NCBI GenBank assembly: GCA_977017575.1
Contig: CDRNVI010000038.1
Coordinates: 1 to 64,000 of the forward strand
Length of the DNA stretch: 64,000 nt
Source: Paramoeba atlantica
Taxonomy: Eukaryota > Protista > Discosea
Direction of reading: 5' to 3'
Program-made: the position numbers and the translations under genes
Notes under the pieces: model-generated
What the model was told of the DNA's origin: nothing
Seen by the model: the letters and a program-made list of their open reading frames with translations, nothing else
The model's database searches: none
Part shown: piece by piece, positions 58,046 through 64,000 of the stretch
Layout of the letters: each line of letters opens with the position of its first letter
Numbering within the stretch: position 1 is the first letter of the stretch

Positions 58046-58649
58046 TTTTTTTTTTTTTTTTTTTTTTTTTTATACGATTTTTTACATATAAAAAATCCAT
58101 TTATGAATAAATTTTCTTTTTGCCTTTGTAATCGAGTTTTTTTTTTTTTACTATATAAGAACTAGCAAACCAACTTTCCCACTTCCCAACCTTCTCACTT
58201 CCCAACTTTCCCACTTCCCAACTTTCCCACTTCCCCTTACCGAACTTCCACCTTTCCAGGGAGGGTAAGGTCTCCCTCTGCCTCGCCTCGCACCTACGCC
58301 ACAAGAGGGTTTTTGATGATAAAGAAGGGGGGAGGCGAGGTCTTCTCCAATCCATTCGCGCTCCCATCTTCCTCATGCATGTTCCGAACCGGGTCTTTCG
58401 ACCACTCCCAGCTTGCCTTGTTAACCCTTCTCTTGTTGTACGAGAGGGCGCAAGCAATGGGCCTGTGCCGACAGCGGCACGGTCGCTGAGCATGATGCTG
58501 GCCGACGGGGAGGAACAAAGTTCCCTACCCTTGTCCTACCTCACTTGGGGTACCTAGCCCTGACGGACTAGGCGTGAGCATAGACCCTGTCGGCACCGAC
58601 CAGCATCCGGACCAGCGGTTTATGTCCCAGTGGGTATTCCCGAGATCCC

Positions 58650-61600
58650 TTAGGCCCCTTCCAGGGGAGCGTCAGGGTCACTGACGACTATCCTAGAGAC
58701 CATCATCCGGGCCTGGGAGCGCATGAGAGCCACGTTCAGCTCTTTGAGAAGGTCATTTCGGGCTTGAGTGTCTGTGAGTAGACCGTTTGACGCGTTTGCG
58801 CGTAACGCCCCCACCTTCCACAAAACAGCCATCGCGCTTTTACTCCAAGAGCCAAAGGATTCAACTACCATGGCCGTAAAAAGTAATTTCGCTTCCTCCG
58901 CTTCCTGGCGTTGTTTATCCTTCGTTGCTGAGTAGTGTTCAGCGAAAGATCCCGCAGCCACCCAGCTAGCATTCCGGACAGAGTCCAAATACTTTAGTTG
59001 CTGTGCGTGGGTGACTGCGAAGTCTAACACCATACCACTTCCCAGGGTGTAATTCGGGAGAAACACGTCAGAAGGTCTGGTGAGACCCCCTCTTGGACCA
59101 CGATTTCCCAGGCTTTTCTCCCTTTGCGGAGCTATGTCGGCTTTTCTGCAGAATGCTGTGAATTGCTCACAGACCGCGTTGTGACGGGTGATGAGGCCAT
59201 GTCCGTTCTTACATAGCAATGCATGTTCCCCATTTTTCTGCAGAGGTAATGTGCATCCCTTCGCTGGGCAAGGGCGATCTTCTTGATAGATGTCGGATCC
59301 CAGCCACCAGCGGGACAGCGTGCGGAACTCTGTTGGTGTGAAGGCGTATCCTTTGCTCCTAGAGGGCGTCACGAAAGCCCAGCTACCTGCTCCCTTACCC
59401 GACTCTGAAACCCACCGTGCGCGAGTGCGAGGGTCAGCCTGCTCGTATGCTGTGGTGAATTCCTGCTGTGAGATAGCCTGGCTGAGTTGCTGCTGTCGAG
59501 GGATGACCATCTCCGGCGCGGTTGCCCTGTCCGCTTCCATTTTGTTTTGAGTGCTCCGTGGGCGTTTCCTTTTCGGGAGGAAGTTGTGATGGTGGCCTGA
59601 GTATGGGAGTGGCTTGTCCTGCTTGGGTGTGCGCCCCGTGTTGGGATCCACTAGCGCTACTCCTGCTTTACGGTTTACGTCTTGTACCGAAATGGCGAAT
59701 CCATCAGCCTCTGTAGGATCCCAGTCGTCTATGTCGGCGGCGTGCGCGACGGAAGAAACGTAAGCGGCTGTCGCGTGGAGTGTTGCAGACCTAAGGCCGA
59801 AACCTCCGTGGCGTTTCCTTCGTTGGATTTGGTCACGTGCGTGGGGTTCCAGGGGGAAAAGTGCCCACTCGACAGCTTTAAGAACGGTTTCGTCTAGTAG
59901 GCTACAAAGTTGAAAAAGAGCCTGGGGGGGTGTGGTGCGGAGAGCGTACACCATTTGGCAGAAGCCAGTGCACTGGCGGATGAGGGCGATGGCAACTTGT
60001 GGATCGCCTATTAGCCCTATTGCTGCGAGAGTCTCGCGTGCGGGTTCGATGGCGTGAGACATTAGGAACTCCGCGCAGTGCTCCGCAGACCCAATCGGGG
60101 ATCCGAGAATATCGAAATTCCCGTCAACACGAATTTTGGCGGTAGGTATTTCCGGAAATAAAGTCGTGTGATGGGCTGAGGCAGGTGGCGTTATTATTTC
60201 ACACTTGTTCGGATTCAGAAATAGCCCGCATTGTGAACCAACCTCGGAAAAAACATCAAGCGCCTTTCGAACCTCCGCCGCCTCCCCCATGAGAACTCCG
60301 TCGTCCAAATACCATAGTTGCGAATCTAGGTTTGATCGGGATGATATTTCCTCGGTTACCCCAGAAAGGACTAGAGAGAAGAGAAGCGGACCCAATGGGT
60401 CACCTTGCTGGACGCCTTCGGCTGAGGATAGGAAGTGATTCCCGTAGGTAAGACAACTCGGGTTTGTGTAGCACCATTCCACCCAGGGTGAAAGTTCTGG
60501 AAAATTGAGACGTGTGAGCAAAGTGAAGACAGGCCTGCTGACGTTGTTGAACGCATTTCTGAGGTCTACCTTACAGAGAACAAGACTGTCGCTCCCCATG
60601 TTGTTTAGCATTGTTTTCTGGCACAGATGAATTACTCGTTCGGCCCCCGCGGATGCAGCCACACCATACTGTCTTCCCCGGAATAAAGTTTCAGCCCTCT
60701 CCTTTACGGCGACGCATGCCGCTTTGCTTACTAGACGTCTGAGGGTTTCGCCTGCTGCTATGGGTCGGACATCTTCTTCACCTTTCTCCAGAGCGCAGAG
60801 ACGGGCTCCAGCGTAGAACAGTTGTACCTCTGGCGGTGCCTTTCCTTGGAGCATGTGGTTCACGAGGCGAGTGAGGGACGAAAGAGGACCCACCTTCTTG
60901 TCGGCGTGTTCCAAAATGGCGGCCTGGATGTGTTCTGGACGTAGACCCATTGTTCCGGCAGAAGACCCTCTGCGAAAACTTTCGACCGCTTTCCTGACTT
61001 CCACTTCCTCCAGACGCAGGGGATTACCCTCAATCGGTGGAAGATCGTTCTCAAGTGGGTTTTCGTGAGGATTTGGGTGCTTTTCTAGAAGCTTCGCAAG
61101 GGTCTCCTCGTTGTCCGGCGCCATGGGTGCTGCGGTTAGAGCGGCTATTCCCCTAGAGTATTCCCCTTGACGTGAGAGTATTTCTGCCCTGATTGCCGCT
61201 CTTTCTTCTTCATTTTCGGAACTTCTAGGCTTGGAGCGTTTTTTGGCGTGATCCTTTAGGGCCTGTTCCCAGAGCAAGAGGTACTCCCCTTCTAGCCAGA
61301 GTTCCATGCTTTTTTCCACGTATGTAGAGTATGACGTGTGTCCTTTGCGACCGCCTCGGTAAGGTGCAGGTAAGACGCATTTAGGGAGCATTGCCAGTAA
61401 CGTCCATGCCTCCACTGTGTTTTCTTGCACAGCAGATGTCATGACCTGTGTCAAAATGCTCGCCCATAGAAACCTACAGGAATGGGGGACATCTTTGCAT
61501 GTGCTTATGGGCAGCGCGCAGATAGAGCTCAACGTTGGTAGCATGTTTTCTGGAGGAATTTCAGTTGCATTTTCGAGACTTGTCGTTGGCCTAGGTGGGG

Positions 61601-62228
61601 TTTGAGATCGCACGGGGTGGTTACGGCCTTTGCACTGTTTGGGGTGAGAATTCTCCTTGTTCTTATCGTAGTGCCCGCCGCAGTCCTTGCAAAGAAATCT
61701 TCCCTCCCCCTCCCACCAAGTGGTTGGTACGCTTTCTCCGTGTCGGTGGGCCACATGATTGTAAAATGCTTGCCATTGCCCACCGTGAGGAGGAGTCTTC
61801 CAAGTGCATCCTTCAGCTGGGCATACGCGCTGAGTACAGTGCTGCGGGATCGGTACCGGATTTATGTTCTTGCGCTTCGAGGCCTTGTTTGGAGAAGGTA
61901 CTTGGGCGTCAAGAACCTCCGGTGTGTTTCTCGGGCTTGCTTCCACGACGAGGGAGTGATTCGTCTCTTCATCTTCCGTCATTCTTCCCGTGTCCGGCGT
62001 GGGAGCCTCTCCGGCGATCTTGGCGGCTCTTTTTGCCCAGTGTTTGGGGATATGTTTGGGAATCGGTGTTGTGTACAAGAGTTCATCGTAGGAGCTCTGA
62101 CCGGGAATTAAATGTGCGTTTCCTGCAAATTGGTCCCAAGCACCCGTGTTGTGCGAAATTTCTTCCTGACGGAAAGAGTCGTCGTCCATGGGTACTGCAT
62201 TCGCATCGAAGAGGTCGTCGTGTGGCAT
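58650..62228 (-). CDS. 1192-aa polyprotein: LsmAD-like motif, two zinc fingers, RT, CCHC finger, RLE
   Basis: WDQFAGN..SYDELLYTT; CPAEGC..H..H; CKDC..H..C; GVQQGDPLGP; YLDD; CPAKGC..HALLC; RHN..EK..RPSD..LDFAVT. Confidence 0.92.
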   Translation of the reverse strand: MPHDDLFDANAVPMDDDSFRQEEISHNTGAWDQFAGNAHLIPGQSSYDELLYTTPIPKHIPKHWAKRAAKIAGEAPTPDTGRMTEDEETNHSLVVEASPRNTPEVLDAQVPSPNKASKRKNINPVPIPQHCTQRVCPAEGCTWKTPPHGGQWQAFYNHVAHRHGESVPTTWWEGEGRFLCKDCGGHYDKNKENSHPKQCKGRNHPVRSQTPPRPTTSLENATEIPPENMLPTLSSICALPISTCKDVPHSCRFLWASILTQVMTSAVQENTVEAWTLLAMLPKCVLPAPYRGGRKGHTSYSTYVEKSMELWLEGEYLLLWEQALKDHAKKRSKPRSSENEEERAAIRAEILSRQGEYSRGIAALTAAPMAPDNEETLAKLLEKHPNPHENPLENDLPPIEGNPLRLEEVEVRKAVESFRRGSSAGTMGLRPEHIQAAILEHADKKVGPLSSLTRLVNHMLQGKAPPEVQLFYAGARLCALEKGEEDVRPIAAGETLRRLVSKAACVAVKERAETLFRGRQYGVAASAGAERVIHLCQKTMLNNMGSDSLVLCKVDLRNAFNNVSRPVFTLLTRLNFPELSPWVEWCYTNPSCLTYGNHFLSSAEGVQQGDPLGPLLFSLVLSGVTEEISSRSNLDSQLWYLDDGVLMGEAAEVRKALDVFSEVGSQCGLFLNPNKCEIITPPASAHHTTLFPEIPTAKIRVDGNFDILGSPIGSAEHCAEFLMSHAIEPARETLAAIGLIGDPQVAIALIRQCTGFCQMVYALRTTPPQALFQLCSLLDETVLKAVEWALFPLEPHARDQIQRRKRHGGFGLRSATLHATAAYVSSVAHAADIDDWDPTEADGFAISVQDVNRKAGVALVDPNTGRTPKQDKPLPYSGHHHNFLPKRKRPRSTQNKMEADRATAPEMVIPRQQQLSQAISQQEFTTAYEQADPRTRARWVSESGKGAGSWAFVTPSRSKGYAFTPTEFRTLSRWWLGSDIYQEDRPCPAKGCTLPLQKNGEHALLCKNGHGLITRHNAVCEQFTAFCRKADIAPQREKSLGNRGPRGGLTRPSDVFLPNYTLGSGMVLDFAVTHAQQLKYLDSVRNASWVAAGSFAEHYSATKDKQRQEAEEAKLLFTAMVVESFGSWSKSAMAVLWKVGALRANASNGLLTDTQARNDLLKELNVALMRSQARMMVSRIVVSDPDAPLEGA

Positions 62229-62272
62229 GGTGAGACCCTGCTAGGGAAAATAGTGGGTTAATAAAAATAATT

Positions 62273-62304
62273 CAACAAGGTACAGAAACTGTATCTTTAT
62301 CGTT
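62273..62304 (-). other. Spliced-leader-like exon sequence (not followed by a GT intron)
   Basis: AACGATAAAGATACAGTTTCTGTACCTTGTTG shares GATACAGTTTCTGTAC and the GTAC-N4-TTG ending with trypanosomatid SL exons. Confidence 0.7.
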
Positions 62305-62313
62305 ACTTTATCG

Positions 62314-63654
62314 TTTTTTTTTTTTTTTTTTTTTTTTTTGCGTGGTCTCAGCTTTCGGTTTTCAGAAAATATCACTTTTTTTTTCAATCAATCAAAACTT
62401 TCAGCTGTGTAGGTCTACGAATTGATAGAACCTAGCCATGCGGCCTTTGGTAGGCTGTCGCGTAATTGCGTGATATAGTCTCCTAAATTTCCTCTCGTAT
62501 ATTTCTTTATAAGTATACTTATAAAGAAATCAACTTAATATGCACTTGCGTACATCCCAGTCTTGCCTTGCGAACTTCCCAGAAACTGGCGTAACTGGGC
62601 GTAGACTTCGTTTCCATTTAAGTCTTGGAGTAATAACTTGAAGTCCATCTCCACTGTCTTCCTATCCAACATGGCTGCATCCGCAAGTGCATGTATCAGA
62701 AATCTTGTGTTCTGGTGGAGAGAACCGCAAGAAAAGATCGGAAGGCATTGAAACGCGAACTCTGGAATCATACCGGTTGTAACGTAGGTATCTTTCTTCC
62801 GTTTAATTACGTCTTGCATTAGTTTCACGCAAGTTTTAGATTGGTTCGATGGCGCAAGCTCGTGTATTATAGACACGTCGTAGAAGATTTCTCCGGTGCT
62901 CCAGAAAATGGCCAGATCCGGCCCCGATCGGTATAGCTGTCGACCGGTGCAACATTTTTCATGAGTCATTTTATTCTCGGGTTCGACCTTTCGGCTACAC
63001 ACACCACACCGCCACGTACTGAAGGCTCGCGGCTCTTTTTCACACGGTATCCCCGCCTTATTGGCTAAGTCGAACAGGTATTTCACCAAGCTATTATGTT
63101 TTGTTGTGGCATTAAAACCGTAGCACTGCACGCATCCAGGTATGTGGTGTAGAGCAGATTGACTGTTCAGTATTGTTTTGCACCCGGGGCATAACAGCTT
63201 CTCAGGTAGACGAGGATGGGCTATTCCTAACCGCGTCATAATGGCCATCTCGAAGTGTCGCGATGGGACGAATCTAGCGGCAGACGTTAACCAGTCGTAA
63301 CTTCCCTTGCGAGTAGTGGCGCTCAGTATTTTGGAAATATTTGGATTCTGTCTCAGTCTCTCCAGTACTTCCTCATGCTCTAAGGCTGCGATCGTTTTGT
63401 CATCTGTCGGGGGCTTTCGGTTTTGACCTTCGTTGGCAAGCGCTATATGATTTTCCACTGATCCACTCTGAGCAGAAAAGGATTTTTGTCGCTCATATGA
63501 GGAATACAATGAAGCTTCATACGCTGCTGCGCGAATTTTACTGCAGGACGTCAAACCTAAACCTCCCTTTTTCGCTGGTAACCGAGCCATCTCGATCTGA
63601 TTCGCCGTTAGGGATCCAAGCCATGTGCTCAAAACGTCTTCAACTTTCTCATCA
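62314..63654 (-). pseudogene. 3' part of a lineage-B element (ORF 62535-63674, UTR, polyA), cut off by a VIPER-like terminus
   Basis: LPAKKGGLG, CPGC..HIPGC, KHN, GPDL, YDVS; poly(A) at 62314-62339. Confidence 0.85.
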
Positions 63655-64000
63655 GAAATCCACGGCGAGGGCATCCGGACATTAACATAATCAAATCACG
63701 AATATGATAAAGTAAAGAAGTATCTAATTGAAAACATAGCTAATGTTGAACGTCTACTTCTCGTTATGCTATGGTTCCTCTTATGATGCTAGTAGATTTC
63801 TCCTATTGCTGAATAACGCGCTGTATAAATATTCAAAAAGGGGCCCTGGTACCACACAATTAAACTCAGAATGTTGAAGAAAAGGGAATACTTTGTGAAG
63901 GGGCTTAGCCCCCCACGCTCCGCAGCCGTGGCTGGGGGTTGGTGGGTGGGCTTCGAAAACGTGTAAATAAACTTTGAAGAATAGCCTTCACACAACACAA
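63655..64000 (-). mobile_element. 3' terminus of another VIPER-like element running off the window
   Basis: Ends CCCTCGCCGTGGATTTC; shares the GC-rich block with 33379-33445. Confidence 0.5.

Larger units (their letters stand above)
58046..62304 (-). mobile_element. Full-length CRE/SLACS-like retrotransposon (lineage A) with SL-like 5' end and poly(A) tail
   Basis: SL-like exon, ~44-nt UTR, intact ORF, ~580-bp 3' UTR, poly(A) at 58046-58071. Confidence 0.88.

Overview
Eukaryotic, transposon-saturated heterochromatin-like window, most likely from a euglenozoan (kinetoplastid-like) genome. This is inferred from a spliced-leader-type sequence (GATACAGTTTCTGTAC...TTG), VIPER-type tyrosine-recombinase retrotransposons and CRE/SLACS-type non-LTR elements. 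Host-like content is limited to two small LRR genes and two tRNA-Ser(TGA) copies in a repeated ~1 kb unit. The rest is nested mobile DNA: pogo- and Tc1-like DDE elements, a hAT element, IS5/ISL2EU/Harbinger-like (DDE_Tnp_4) ORFs, a decayed bacterial-type IS30 transposase, two divergent VIPER-like elements, two lineages of restriction-like-endonuclease (RLE) non-LTR retrotransposons, an RNase H-bearing LINE fragment, and a non-coding hairpin plus G-run repeat. Most notable: (1) an intact CRE-like ORF whose N-terminus carries an Ataxin-2/Pbp1 LsmAD-like motif and whose 5' end is fused to a spliced-leader-like exon; (2) a conserved slippery heptamer plus stem and an in-frame UAG that suggest one VIPER-like RNA makes Gag, Gag-recombinase and Gag-RT; (3) repeated same-nucleotide insertion into the tRNA-linked repeat; (4) an IS30 transposase embedded in eukaryotic repeats. 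All family calls come from motifs recognised by eye. No database search was run, and coordinates of element ends were counted by hand.
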